A stretch of 64,000 bases of DNA from NCBI RefSeq assembly GCF_009914755.1, contig NC_060947.1. One strand, written 5' to 3'. Below are positions 1-16,296 of the stretch, one piece after another; positions within the stretch are counted from its first letter, which is position 1; each line of letters begins with the position of its first letter. The notes under the pieces were generated by a model, which saw nothing but the letters and a program-made list of their open reading frames with translations, had not been told where the DNA came from and searched no databases. The DNA comes from the human T2T-CHM13v2.0 reference genome, Homo sapiens. A program made the translations under genes and the position numbers.

Positions 1-21
1 GCTCCCTAGTACTTAAAAGAC

Positions 22-918
22 TGTAAACCAAAAATAAAATCCTAAGCTCCTCAACTAACTGAACAAACCCCCTCTGGGCCAAAGGGACCCCAGAGAAACC
101 TGAAAAACTGGATTCCCAGCCATGACAGGAAGAGAGGTCAGACATACGTCCTTCCTTACCCCTCCTGCCTTTTGGAGTCTAGGCACAACCCACCAGCATT
201 CACATTAAAGTACGGCTCAAAAGACTGACAAAACAGACCCCTGGGACAGGAAATTACCAAATTCCAACCTGACTCTGGTATAGCATCGTATGACAGATAG
301 CAGACCCGGAAGGAAATCAAAATATCTCACCCCAACATAGATTTCTTTGTCATATTTTGAAATGGCCCTGCAAAACCATCTTTCCTGGCAGAAATTTGCA
401 TCTGTGGAGAATCTCCATTCATACAGCCAGGACTTTGCTGTATCTAGGAAAGATTAACTCTAAGTCTGACACCTTGAAAGGTCTGAAAAGAGACATTTAC
501 CATCTGTTCTCTCTGAAGGCTGCTACCTGGAGGTGTCTTCTACATGATAAGTACCTTGGCTTCCACAACTCCTCGCCCTTTATCTTAGCATTTATTTCTA
601 CTGACTTCAACTCTTTAGACAAAACTTAACTCTTTCAACCAATTGCCAATCAGAAATCTTTAAATCTACCTATGACCTGTAAGGCCCCACTTCAAGAGAT
701 CCTGCCTCTTTAGGCTGAACCAATGTACACTTTCCATGTAGTGATTAATGATGTCACCTACATTTCCTGTCACCCTAAAATGTATAAAACCAAACTGTAA
801 CTGCCTCGGGCACACTTTCTCAGGACCTCCTAAGACTGTTTCCCCAGGCCGTGGTCACTCATATTGGCTCAGAATAAACTTTTAAAATATTTGACAGAGT
901 TTGGTTTTTCCATTATCA
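22..918 (+). mobile_element. ERV1 solo LTR, MER4 family (MER4D/E-like)
   Basis: Starts TGTAAACCAAAAATAAAATCCTAAG and ends ...TTGGCTCAGAATAAAC...CAGAGTTTGG...CA, the typical MER4 termini; homologous to 48303-49182. Confidence 0.85.
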
Positions 919-977
919 AAGCTAAGAGGAAGTGGATAGGTAGCTTGATTTATCTTTGCTTTAAACCTGGAAGTGTA

Positions 978-1373
<396 letters not shown>

Positions 1374-2504
1374 TCACAGGCATGGACGCCACCGCACATT
1401 CTGCTTTGTGGAGGGCAGCAGTGTAGGTACTCCAGCAACAAAGGGGTCTAGGATAAGGGATCCCCCAAATACAAGGGGGCCAGCAGCTGGAGCAAGAAAT
1501 GCAGCAGAGCCTGCAGAAGTCCAGAAAACAGATGCTCAGACCTTGAAGTCAATTTGAATAACAAAACAGGACCTAGGACTTAAGGAGATCCAGATAAAAA
1601 ATGCAACTCTCTCCTTAACATCAATCTACTGAAACAGAGATTCTAAGATGCGGAAACAGTGGTGACTTGAAATAGGAGAAAGAATATCATTACATGCTAA
1701 TTATGTTAAATATGAGATATAATGAGAAGAATAGAAAAATGACTCATTAATTATTAATGAACTGAATTACCTCATCCATATTACAAAAACTAAGCTGCAT
1801 CCTATTTATGCAAGCATACTAAAAAATAAAGTGATAAAAAAGTTTCAGAAAACAATGCTATGTAGCAGAGGCAATAAGAATTTGTCAAGAAGAGATCTAG
1901 TGTTAAAAAAATGTAATGAGAGTAATTTTATTTACATTAAGTAAAAATAACAGCTAAATGAGTGAAACAAAAATCATTAGGAGTGAAAGGGGAAATTTTT
2001 AAGATTATATTTATAGAGGCATAGTTTGCATGCCTCTACTACTTCATGAATTTGAGAAATTAGTAAATCTAACAGTGAAAAATAAGGAAAGAGAAAAACA
2101 TAAGAATTCAAATGATAGGTTCAATTTAATATGCCTCTCATTTATGCATATATACACACAGGCATATACATGCATATATATATGTCATAATATCTTTATG
2201 TACATATAATGGCCATATGCATTATTGAGAACATACACATATACAGTATCAATATAATTTGCATATAAGAAACTTCAACAAATCTGAAAAAGTGAAAATT
2301 GTGTGTGCTGTATGCTGAAATCATAACCTAAATAAGATATAAATAAGCACAGATAATTGACCCTAAACTTCCACATTGTTTACAAATTAAGGAATGTAAT
2401 CTAACTCTGTATTCAAAGAAGGTATCAAATCTGAACCTATAAAATATCTGAGAGTAACTATAATGACAACATTACATCAACAGCGTAGCCTTCAGCAGTA
2501 AGAG

Positions 2505-3214
2505 TGTAACTGCTCTACGGGTTCTTCCTGCCCTCTGCACAAAGTAAATCCATGGCATTGCGGTAAAGAAAGAGTTTAATTGGTGCAAGGCCAGCCATGC
2601 CACATAGGAGACAGAGTTTTTACTCAAACTAGCCTCCCTGAAGATTTGGAGACTAGGGATTTTTAAGGATAATTTTGCAAGCAGAGGGCCACAGAGTGGG
2701 GAGTGCTGATTGGTTGGGTTGAAGATGAAGTCATAGGGAGTTGAAGCTGTGCTTTTGCGCTGTGTCAGTTCCTGCGTGGGGGCCACAAGACCAGTTGAGC
2801 CAGTTTACTGGGTGGTGGCAGCTGATTCATCGAGTGCAGCATCTGAAAAATATCTCAAGCATCAATCTTAGGTTTTACGATAGTGATGTTATCCTTAGGA
2901 GTAACTGGGAAGGTTTAGAATATTGTGGCCTCTGGCTTCATGAGTCCTAAAACATAATTTCTAATTTTGGGCTTCATTTCTTCATCCTACAAAGGCAGTC
3001 TGGTCCCCAGGCAAGAAGGTGGTTTGTTTCAGGAAAGGGCTATTATCTTTGTCAAAGTTAAACTATGAACAAAATTCCTCCCAAAGTTAGTTCAGATGTC
3101 CAGGAATGAACAAAGACCGCTTGGAGTTTAAGAGCAACATGGAGTCAGTTAGGGCAGATGCCTTTTCACTGTCATAATTTTCTCACTGTTATAATTTTTG
3201 CAAAAGCAGTTTTA
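2505..3214 (-). mobile_element. LTR8A-like ERV1 solo LTR
   Basis: Reverse complement begins TAAAACTGCTTTTGCAAAAATTATAACAGTGAGAAAATTATGACAGTG and ends ...GTTACA. Confidence 0.85.
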
Positions 3215-3851
3215 GGAACACTTTAAGGAAAACACAGCCTCAAATGCCTTTATTATCTAAGAGAAATGAGAGACGAAAAGGAACTCAATATTTGTTTGAA
3301 TAAATTAAAGAACAAAACAACATGAAATTAAATAGAAAAATGCTAATAAAGCTTAAAGCTGAAATTAATGAAATGGGAAATAAAAATTGTACCTATCACC
3401 CAAGATAATTTCTTAAAATTATACAATGAAATAAAATAGATAAAGCTTCTGTGAGTCCGATGGATTGCAAGGAAACAAATAGCAAGATTATGTTATAAAA
3501 AAGGGGCTTAAAACAAACACAGAGGAATTTAAAGAAATAGATATTAACAATAAAAAACTACATGAAAATCTACGACATTTAATTTGAAAACATAGAAGAA
3601 GCAGATGATTTTGTGGGAAAGAAAAATTACCAAATTTGATGGAAGAAAATTGAGAAACCTAAATTAGCTGGTTTTCATGGAAGTAAATGTCAAGCCCATT
3701 AAAGATCTACTATTGAAATATGCAGCAGGAATAGGTGGTTTCACAGCTGAATTGCAGCTCATATTGAAATTTAAAAAAACCATAATCTTGATGTTAAACT
3801 CTTTCATTCCACAGAAAATGATACAGAGCCCACTAATTTATTTGATGAGGA

Positions 3852-4482
3852 TGTTACCAGAAAGGGGTCCTGAACCAGACCCCAAGAGAGGGTTTTTGTA
3901 CCTCGCAAAAGAAAGAACTCAGGGTAAGTCCATAGAGTAAAGTGAAAGCAAGTTTATTAAGAAAGTAAAGGAATAAAGAATGGCTATTCCATAGGCAGAG
4001 CAGTGGCTTGGGCTGCTGACTGAGTATAATTTTAGTTATTTCTTGATTGTAGGCTAAACAAGGGGTGGATTATTCATGAGTTTTCTGGGAAAGGGGTGGG
4101 CAGTTCCTGGAACTGAGGTTTCCTCCCCTTTATAGACCATAGAGGGTAATTTCTGGACACTGCCATGGCATTTGAAAACTGTCACGGCACTGGAGGGAGT
4201 GTCTTTTAGCTGCTAATGCATTATAATTAGCATATGAGCAGTGAGGACGACCAGAGGTCACTTTTGTCACCATCTTGGATTTGGCCAGTTTTGGTCAGCT
4301 TCTTTATCACATCCTGTTTTATCAGCAAGGTCTTTGTGACCTGTGATACCAGTTCTGCCAACCTCTCTCATACTATGACTTAGAATGCTTACCCTACAAG
4401 AAATGCAGTCCAGCACGTCTCAGCCTTATTTTACCCAGCCCCTATTCAAGATGGAGTTGCTCTGGTTCAAATGCCTCTGACA
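3852..4482 (-). mobile_element. MER41B solo LTR
   Basis: Reverse complement begins TGTCAGAGGCATTTGAACCAGAGCAACTCCATCTTGAATAGG; perfect 4-bp TSD AGGA (3848-3851 / 4483-4486). Confidence 0.92.
4083..4112. promoter_or_regulatory. Tandem GAS (STAT1) motifs inside MER41B
   Basis: TTCTGGGAA (4083-4091) and TTCCTGGAA (4104-4112), both TTCN3GAA; function not shown. Confidence 0.6.
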
Positions 4483-5244
4483 AGGACAGTATAGAAATAT
4501 GACAAACACAAGGTGTAGGTCCCAGCTAGCTTTGCACCTATCAGCATGAATTTTAGCATCTTCATTGGTTAACAAGAATGTGCACACAAGGTGTTCTGGT
4601 TCAGAGACAGATTTTTTTTATTAAAAACCACACAACAAATAAGAAGTGTGTTCTCGCCCTCTGCCCTAGTTTTTACCCTGGGGAAATACAATGAGAACCA
4701 GGTCAATTGCCTTAAGCAAGCAGCCTAACACATTTCTTAGATTGAGAGATCAGAACAAAACAAATATTATCTGTTTATAAAAGAAAAGGAAGGAGATATC
4801 CCTTCCCTGCTGAACGGATCACCTCCTTTCTCCAGCCCTTTGGAATATAAAATAAAACCTCTCCGGGAGCTGAAGGACCCTGTGTCTTTTATCACCTAGA
4901 GGTGATGCCAAGATCTGGGTGAATTCCTTCTTGAAATGTAAATACCTACTTGGGTACTTGCTCCAGTCTAAAAAGTGTCTAGGGGCTTTAACCTAAGAAC
5001 AAGTCAGAGCTATAAGCATTTGGCTTTGGGGAGATAAGAAGTTTTATTACCCTTTCCAATAAGAGCAATTAACTAGACATATGGCTACTTATCCAGTTCT
5101 CACAGTATGAGGAGATGCTTCAAAGAGAAATGAAAGCAAACATTCTCAGAAGGAATGCTAGGTCTTCTCACAGAAGCACTTAGACACCCAGGGAGGTTTT
5201 ACCACTCCACAGAATGAGATGTAAACCTGCCATCCTATGACTGC

Positions 5245-5714
5245 TTTTTTGTTTGTTTTAGAGACAGGGTCTTACTCTGTTGCCCAGGCTGGAGTGCAGT
5301 GGTTCAATCATGGACTGCAGCCTTTTTTTTTTTTTTTTGAGATGGAGTCTAGCTCCATTGCCCAGGCTGCAGTGCAGTGGCACCATCTCAGCTCACTGCA
5401 AACCTTGCCTCCTGGATTCAAGCAATTCTCCTGCCTCAGCCTCCTGAGTAGCCAGGATTACAGTCACCCACCACCACATCTGACTAATTTTTGTATTTTT
5501 AGTAGATACGTGGTTTCACCATGTTGGCCAGGCTAGTCTCGAACTCGTGGCCTCAAGAGATCTGCCTGCCTCAGCCTCCTAAAGTGCTGGGATTACAGGT
5601 GTGAGCCACTGCAACTGGCCCATGGACTGTAGCCTTGACCTTCTGAGCTCAAGCAAACCTCCTACCTCAGCCTCCCAAGTAGCAGGAACCACGGGTGTGC
5701 ACCACCATGCCTGG

Positions 5715-5760
<46 letters not shown>

Positions 5761-5790
5761 GAGACAAGGTTTTGTTATGTTGCCTAGGCT
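5245..5790 (-). mobile_element. AluJ (5'-truncated) split by a nested Alu; (TA)n in its linker
   Basis: Alu sequence at 5245-5322 resumes at 5621; (TA)n at ~5718-5757. Confidence 0.88.
5323..5620 (-). mobile_element. AluS nested inside AluJ
   Basis: Full-length Alu flanked by TSD catggactg(c/t)agcc (5309-5322 / 5621-5634). Confidence 0.92.
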
Positions 5791-6187
5791 AGATGACTCT
5801 TTTTTGGATTACGTGAGTTAACACATGAAATAAGGTACTATCTACATAAAGCATATATTCATCTTTGGTACTAAAATAATTATTATAGCATAGACAAATA
5901 TAATTCAATCTTCCTAATGATATCAGTACCTTTAAAATTTGTTTAAAATCCAGTAGCAGAGCAAGGAATAACACTCCACATGGCTAAGAAGAGTAGCCGC
6001 AAAGATGACAATGCTTTAGAAAAATGCACCGTGTTAGAAAGTGTCAGTGTAATCCACTAATTCAACCAATGAAAGGCAAAAGTGTAATTCCATCAATAGT
6101 CATGGAAAAATTATGAAACTGAATCTAAAATGGTAAGAAGAAAAGGATAAGACATTTTAACAAATACGTAAATAACAGAAGCACACT

Positions 6188-6489
6188 AGCTTGGTGCGTG
6201 GCTTGTGCTGGTAATCCCAGCTCTTTAGCAGACCCAGTTTGGAGGATTGCTTGAGCCCAAGCGTTTGAGAGCAGCCTGGGAAACATAGCAAATTCCCATC
6301 TTTATAAAAAATAAACAAAATTAGCTGGGTGTGGTGACACACGCCTGTAGTCCCAGCTACTCGGGGAGGCTGAGGTGGGAGGATTGCTTGAGCCCAGGAT
6401 GTTGAGCCTACCGTGAGCTAGGATTGCACCACTGCACTCCAGCCTGGGCAACAGAGCAAGAGCTAGTCTCAAACGAAACAAAACAAAAA
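6188..6489 (+). mobile_element. AluJ
   Basis: ggattgcttgagccca J-type motifs, A-rich tail. Confidence 0.92.
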
Positions 6490-7627
6490 GCACTCTTCTA
6501 AAATGAATACCGATTGCAGCCTAAAAAGCAAAATACTAAAGTAATTTCAAGAAAAATTAGAGAGCACATGAGAATGCCTTTTATTTCTATTATTATCCAA
6601 CGACTTCGGGAAGATTGTGGCAAATGCAGTGAAATGAGTAAATGAAAATTTGTGATAGCTATTGGAAAAGAACAGATAAAATTAGAGCACTTTTGCTGAT
6701 AGCATGAATGTTTACCTGAGAAAATCTAAAAACCTATTCGAAAAATAAGGTAATTTGGTAAAATTGCTGAATACAAAGTAAATAAACAAAAATTATTAGT
6801 GTTTTTTACATACTGCAGTAGGAACCTAGAAAGCAATATGGGAGCATTCTATTGAAAATCCAATAATTATGTTAAAAAACTTAGGAGTGCATATAATAAG
6901 AGGGGCGCTGGGAAGAAATACATTGAATTAAACTGAAACACGGAATACCCAAACAAATGGAAGTACATGTTATATCCTCAAATGCTTAAATTATACATCA
7001 CAAAAATGCCAACTCCACCAAAATTGATGGATGAATCAATTGTCATCCAATTGCCAATCATAACAAGGTGTTTAATCTTTTGCATTGTAGAAAATGATCT
7101 CACAGTTCATATAGAAAGATGTATTATACAAGTATAGTTAGGAAATCAATGAGAGAAATAATACATGATATAGGGCATTTGCTACCACATACAGGACATG
7201 CTATAATGATACTCTAATCAGATCAATGTTATTGTCATAGCAATATGCTATAGGACGTGACAAAATGTAGCTGCTGCATTTTATCAAATCAACTTCTTTC
7301 TTTCCTGCCCTGGGTGTAGGGGCTGGAGGCTGCTTTTCAACATCACTACTGTTCAGTCCACTCAGTGGTCTCCTTTTGCCTTCCCCTACATTTTCCATTT
7401 TATTTTAAGCAAATTGTCTAACTTGTTTTCCTGGCTAGACCCTGACAGTATTTTCTACCAATTGCAGTTATAACTAAAGTGAAATACGTGCCAATCAAAC
7501 ATGTTGATGGTGAGCATCGTCTCTATATGAATTAGTTCAATTGGGTTGTATAAATAAACGAACATGTAAAATTATGTTTTCAGTTATTATATGGATAGTA
7601 ATATAAAGTAAGAAATTAAGGAAAAGC

Positions 7628-8034
<407 letters not shown>

Positions 8035-8507
8035 TTACTTGCTTTTTAAAATAATTGGGTAGATACTCTAACACCTTGTTAGACTGAAATGGGAAAAGTC
8101 AAATTCATTTTACTTTTGAAAAATAGACAACTGATAAAATCACAGCACCTGTGCTATTTTATCAAGAAAGGGGAGTGTTATACTTTTCTTTTTCAGGAAA
8201 TACATTTCCTTTTTAAATTAAATGCAATCGTAAATATATACAACATTTCACTGCTACAGTTAAAGCATTAGAAAGCCTCAACATATCCACAATAGGAAAG
8301 AAAGAGATTGCCTATGATAATAACTGTGGCTTCGCTTCATAACATTGTATTAACTATAAAATGGAAAAAATATTAGTAATACTATTGAGATAAACATAGT
8401 AAGAACTCAAACTCATCAGGGTGTGTTTGATTTATTATTATTTTGTTCCTCAAAATAAGCTCTATCTCCTGATAAAGTAAACACTGCATCAGTATAAATC
8501 ATATGCC

Positions 8508-8824
8508 ATTTTATTTTTTATTTTTTTATTTTTATTTTTTGAGACAGGGTGAGTCTCACTCTGTCACCCAGGCTGGAGAGCAGTGGCACAATCACGGCTT
8601 ACTGCTGTCTCAACCTCCTGGACCCAAGCGATCCACCTACATCAGCCTCCTGAGTAGCTGGCAACACAGGCATGAGCCACGATGCCCAGCTAATTTATTT
8701 TTTATTTGTAGAAATAGGGTCTCCCTATGTTGCCCAGGCTGGTCTCAAACTCTTGGGCTCAAGCAATCCTTTTGCCTCGGCCTACCAACGTGCTGGGATT
8801 ACAGGCCTGAGCCACCACACAAGT
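8508..8824 (-). mobile_element. AluJ
   Basis: T-rich tail then antisense Alu body. Confidence 0.92.
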
Positions 8825-8915
8825 CCCCATACACCATTTTAAATATCAGGAAATAATTAATTACTTTAAGAATTGTATACAGATAATATTAAATTAAGCC
8901 TTTAGAAAATGTCCA

Positions 8916-9230
8916 GGTTGGGTGCGGTGGCTCACGCCTTTACTCCTAGCACTTTGGGAGGCCGAGGTGGGCAGATCACCTGAGGTCAGGAGTTTGAGAC
9001 CAGCCTGGACAACATGGTGAAACCCTGCCTCTACTAAAAAAACAAAAATTAGCCTGGCGTGGTGGTGCATGCCTGTAATCCCAGCCACTCGAGAGGCTGA
9101 GGCAGGAGTTTCACTTGAACCCAGGAGGCAGAGGTTGCAGTGAGCTTAGATCTTGGATCGTGCCAGTGCACTCCAGCCTGAGCAACAGAGCAAGACTCTG
9201 TCTCAGAAAAAAAAAAAAAAAGAAAAGAAA
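8916..9230 (+). mobile_element. AluS
   Basis: Full Alu; TSD agaaaatg(t/a)cca. Confidence 0.94.
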
Positions 9231-9736
9231 ATGACCAAATGTCTAAACTCTGCATCAGTGTAAAGGATAAGTCCAAAATATAAAGTATTATTTACTGGAA
9301 CAAATCCATACAATTTTTCTTAGCTTGTTTATAGCAAACATTGCACCTTACAATAACACAAACATCAAAACACAATCTGGAACACTTTTTGGAAATATAG
9401 ATATATTTAATTGTCAGAGAAAAATGTATAAATCCAATAGGGCATGTTTTATCCTGATAAAAACCTACACTCTGATTTATAAGAAACATAAGCATAGATA
9501 GAAACATGAAGTTATTCTGCCACAGATCAACCTTTTATTATTCTTACTTTTTACCTACCAGCATATTTAAAATAAAATAGCTATTACAAAATAAAATTTT
9601 CTGATATTCTGTTGTTTCCAAGTGTTTTATTTTATGCTTTCTCTTGCATTTCTTGTTTAAATTCAAAACTGAGCTTTTGAGATTCTGCGTATTCCTTGAT
9701 TTTACTTTTTGGGTGTATACAGGCAACTGTCATTGA

Positions 9737-10087
<351 letters not shown>

Positions 10088-10334
10088 TCACCCTGTCTTT
10101 TAAGACAGTCACTCCAGGACCTGCCAGCTAATCTGTTGCCTGGCCATGAGCACAGCTACAAAGTTGAGCTAGTGACTGGTAGAATACTGAATAGTCTACA
10201 GTTAAAGGAGGAGCGATAAATGTATTGGAAGTGCAAAACTAAACATATAGTTGTAGGGATAGAATGCAAGTGGAGGAAAAGAATGATGTTTTTTGTTAGC
10301 TGAAATAAGTTGATCAATGAATCTTCGTTGAAGA

Positions 10335-10714
10335 AAGGAAGAGTATAAGGAAGGAAGGAGAGAGGGAAGGAAGGAAGGAAAGGAGGGAAGGAAAGAAGGA
10401 AGGAAGGGAGGGAGGGAGGGAATGAAGGAAGGAAGGAAGAAGGAGAGGAGGGAAGGAAGGAAGGAAAGGAGGGAAGGAAGGAAGGAAGGAGGGAAGGAAG
10501 GAAGGAGGGAAGGAAGGAAGGGAAGGAAGGAAGGGAGGGAGGGAAGGAAGGAAGGAAGGAGGGAAGGAAGGAAGGGAAGGAAGGAAGGGAGGGAGGGAAG
10601 GAAGGAAGGGAGGGAGGGAAGGAAGGAAGGAAGGAGGGAAGGAAGGAAGGGAGGGAGGGAAGGAAGGAAGGAAGGAAAGGGAGGGAGGGAGGAAGGAAGG
10701 AAGGAAGGAAGGAA
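10335..10714 (+). repeat. Long (GGAA)n/(GGGA)n polypurine microsatellite
   Basis: ~380 bp almost purely A/G with recurring higher-order GGAGGGAAGGAAGGAA blocks. Confidence 0.97.
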
Positions 10715-10787
10715 ACAAGGAGGTTTATTCTGAGCCAATATGAATGACAACTGCCTGAAGAAAACCCAAATGCAAGAAACCTTGAGC

Positions 10788-11016
<229 letters not shown>

Positions 11017-11107
11017 TTAACTGTTTGTCAATTTGTTTTGGAGGTGACCTTGCCGAATACTGCACATCTCTGAGGGAGCCTCTGGCCAAGGGTATGCCTA
11101 GATTTAT

Positions 11108-11500
11108 GCTAGTCAGGGTTCTGAATTGCAGCCATCTGAAGCTGACTGCAGTGGATTAAGCAGAAAGAGGCTTAGGAAAAGATATTGCATAGATACCGAA
11201 ATTGTTAGGAACGGCTAGAGAAGCAGGCTATAGGGAAATCTTCCAGCAACAATGTCTAAAATAAAGCTCATGAACTGGCCTGATGGAGATGTTGTCAATT
11301 CTGCAGCTGGTCCACAGGCCACTTGGGGAGTTTTTGTCATCTGCAAAGCCACACCATGACGCAACTCTTTAAGTCAAGGCTGTGACCTGCTCCCAGCATA
11401 GCCTGACCGTGGAAACCTGGAAACTCCAGCTGCCGGCAACACCCATAAAAATGCCTATGATTGGAGGAGCCTGAATCACAGGTTTGGGTCCCAAGAGGCT
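11108..11500. mobile_element. Old MLT1-type MaLR LTR fragment
   Basis: agtcagggttctgaattgcagcc...ttaagcagaaagagg resembles MLT1K/L termini; extent uncertain. Confidence 0.45.
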
Positions 11501-12525
11501 TCAAATTTGAATTTTCTGAATTCTATCTTGAGTCGATGAGACTCATAAAACAAGAAATATGCAATATGTAGCGAGTAAAAAACAAATCAGGGAGCCAAAA
11601 ATACAATTCCTCCACCAAAGAAATTTCTGAAGGCACTGAGTAATGTCATGATTGATTGAACGCATCTCCTCCTGCTACAAGAAATCTAGTCTGAGTTATG
11701 GCTGGTCCGAGATAAATAGATAAACAGATAAACAGAAACAAGACTAGAAGAACAATCCTTGTGTTGGTTTGATGTCAGTAAATGAAATATGAGGACCTCA
11801 TTTTGGAATTAGGAGACACTAAGCTATCTCCTAGTCACTTGGTGTTATATTTTAGAGCTTCATTTAAACTTTAACATCAGCCTCATATATGAAAGAAAAA
11901 ATGGTTTAAAATGCAATTGGGAATACTGAAAATATAGGAATAATTAAATACATTTATTGTAAGCTATTTGCAGTTGAATAAACATTTAAAGATGAAAGAA
12001 AAATCCACTTCTTTTTAAAAGGAAGCAAACCCTTTCCTACTGAGAAAAGATTAAGTGGGATGTTCAAGAGTTTAAAAAAAAGAATTGCAGCTTAAGTGAA
12101 AAAGTAACCCATGCAGTTTTGGAAGAAACGCTGTCCTCAGAAGGAAGCTTTAAGGGAAACCAGCACACATAATTATTCAGAAATAAAAGCCTTTTTTATT
12201 TCCTCAAAACTTCTATTATTTGACATCAGATGTTTTATGTTTTTTTCTAGGTCTCCCAGATCCAAATATTCCCTAGCAAAATTTCCTTGAAAAAAACACC
12301 AAGACTGTTCATAAATCCTATCTATATAATGCCTATTAATAAATATTTTTCTGTCCTAAATTCTACATGTGGCAGGAGAGAAACCGGATCCTAGCATACA
12401 TTTTTTTTCCCGAAAATGATTTCTCCATGGTAAGGTTCACTGAAATTCTAGCCTATCATGGTTATGGAATTGTAAATGTTTTGTAGTTTATTTATTAAAT
12501 CTGCACATTAAAAAGAAATAAAAAT

Positions 12526-13077
<552 letters not shown>

Positions 13078-13807
13078 TTACCACCCTATGAAGCTCACTG
13101 TTTGGTGACTTAGATTTTTGGTTGATGAAAAGCCTCGATACTCACAGTTCTTTCCTCATGTTGATAGCAAGTTTTCCCCCTGTAAATAGCCACAAGCAGC
13201 CCTATCCTCCTTCCATTTAGAGCTGTTCACCTATGAAAATAGCAATCAAGTATTTTCCAGTTATTCAACTCTCTCTTGCATACCCCCACCTGCTGAACAG
13301 ATCTTCTTGTGGATCTCATGAAGATCCTCTTGACTCCTGCGTATTGAAATGAGCCAGAGTTTGGAGATTGCCTGCCCTATCTTGCTGCCTTTAATGGCAA
13401 TATCTTCCTCAAGTCCATTTTGCCACCGAAATATCTCTCTCCCCTTCATTGTTGATATACCTATGCCCATGGGCTTGACACCGTCTATTGCCCAAAGTTG
13501 GTTTTTCCTTTCTTCTAACAGCCTCCAAATTGAGGCTCATGATGTTGACAAGACAAGCTTGATCCTTTGACCCTGCAATGTTCTGCTCCTTTTAAAGGCA
13601 GTGGTTTCCAGCCATTTTAAAATCGAGGCATTTCTTTCTTCAGATACCAGTGTCTGAAATAGATAATACGAGGCTACTATGGGGAAGGTCAGGTGAGGGG
13701 AAGATCTGTGTTCTCATCGCTTCCATTCCAAATTCTCATCATCTCAGAGACTTCTTATCCCATCCATAGTGCTGTGAGGCCTTTGATGGGAAATGTACTT
13801 TTCAAGA

Positions 13808-14115
13808 TCAGTGTGGTGAGTCGGAAATAGAATAAGAGACACCCACCGTCACTTAAATTTTCTGGCAGTGACATTAAAGTATGTGAAAAGAGACAGGAGA
13901 ATCTAACTTTAAAATATATATTATTTAACCTAACATATGCAAAATTTAACGTGTAATTAATGTAATCATTATTAATGAAATAGTTAATTTTTTCATACCA
14001 AGTCTTTGAAATCCGTGGTGTATTTTCCATTTACAGCACATTACACATTGGACCTGCAGCATTGCATGTGCTGAATAGCCCCATGTGGTTAGTGGCTAGC
14101 ATGCTGGATAGAGCA
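13808..14115 (+). mobile_element. MER33/MER3-type hAT-Charlie MITE
   Basis: 3' end ...gtgctgaatagccccatgtggttagtggctagcatgctggatagagcag matches recalled MER33 end. Confidence 0.7.
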
Positions 14116-14275
14116 GTCCCAGATAATATAGCCTGCTGTCCTTGAAAATGTGCAAATGACCCCCATGACCTAGTCCCTATCTACCTCCTCAATCTCATGT
14201 GGTTATGTATCCACACCATATGCTATAAGCCAGTGGAATTAAAATTATTGTGAATTGTTGGAACTTGCCAACTGT

Positions 14276-15513
<1,238 letters not shown>

Positions 15514-15759
15514 GACATACGTATTTCTGAAAGACTTTTCCCTTTCCCTGAGGTACCTGGTCCTATCCACAACACATGGGATTCTGACTAACTCAAATAT
15601 CCTTTGCAAACCCATTCGGGTGTGATTTCTCACATAAGCCTTTCTTATTTCTCCAGAGTTGACACCGTTCCCTTTCCTGCCTGCATCTCGTCATAAACGT
15701 ATTCAATAAGAATAAAAACTTAAGTGTTCTCGTTACTTATTGATGATTTAGTATGAAAG

Positions 15760-16296
15760 AAGACAGCAATACATTTACAATAGCACCAAAAATTTATGGG
15801 GTACTTAGGGATAGGTCTAACATAGCCAAATCTCTTGTCAAAAAATTATTAAAATTATATACTTAAAATTATTTAAAAGTGCATTTGAGTAAATGGGAAT
15901 GTATTCAATGTTCATAGATGAAAAGATCCAATAAAGATGGAAATCATTTCCAAAATAGACTCCCAAGTAAATTTAAATCTATCATGTTCTAAGAAGGGTT
16001 TCGAAAAAAAATAAAAACAAGATTCTTAAAAGCATTTGAAATTGTAAGGAGCAATGTGAACCATGGAAAATGTGAAGAAACAGCAATTTTGGACAAGTAA
16101 AATTTTACCCAAGAGTTATATCAATTGAAATGATGTGGTGCTTATGCAGGGATAGACCATTAACTCAATTTGGAACTGTGAGAGCCCAGCAATGAGTTCA
16201 CTGAAAGGCAAAAGTACGGCATTAACAGAGGAGTTATCAGAATTCAGTGGGTAGAGAGTGGAATGTTTCTGCAGAGCTGGACATGTAGCTATTCAT
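15760..16296 (+). mobile_element. Old L1M ORF2 3' fragment
   Basis: atttacaatagcaccaaaa, ttcaatgttcatagatgaaaagat, gtggtgcttatgcagggatagac resemble L1 ORF2 landmarks. Confidence 0.55.

Larger units (their letters stand above)
1640..7270 (+). mobile_element. Ancient L1M ORF2 relic, fragmented by LTR and Alu insertions
   Basis: A-rich strand; 6661-6795 translates (with frameshift) to IGKEQIKL..FADSMNVYL..FGKIAEYKVNKQK, resembling L1 RT IGKEEVKLSLFADDMIVYL..FSKVSGYKINVQK; boundaries approximate. Confidence 0.75.
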
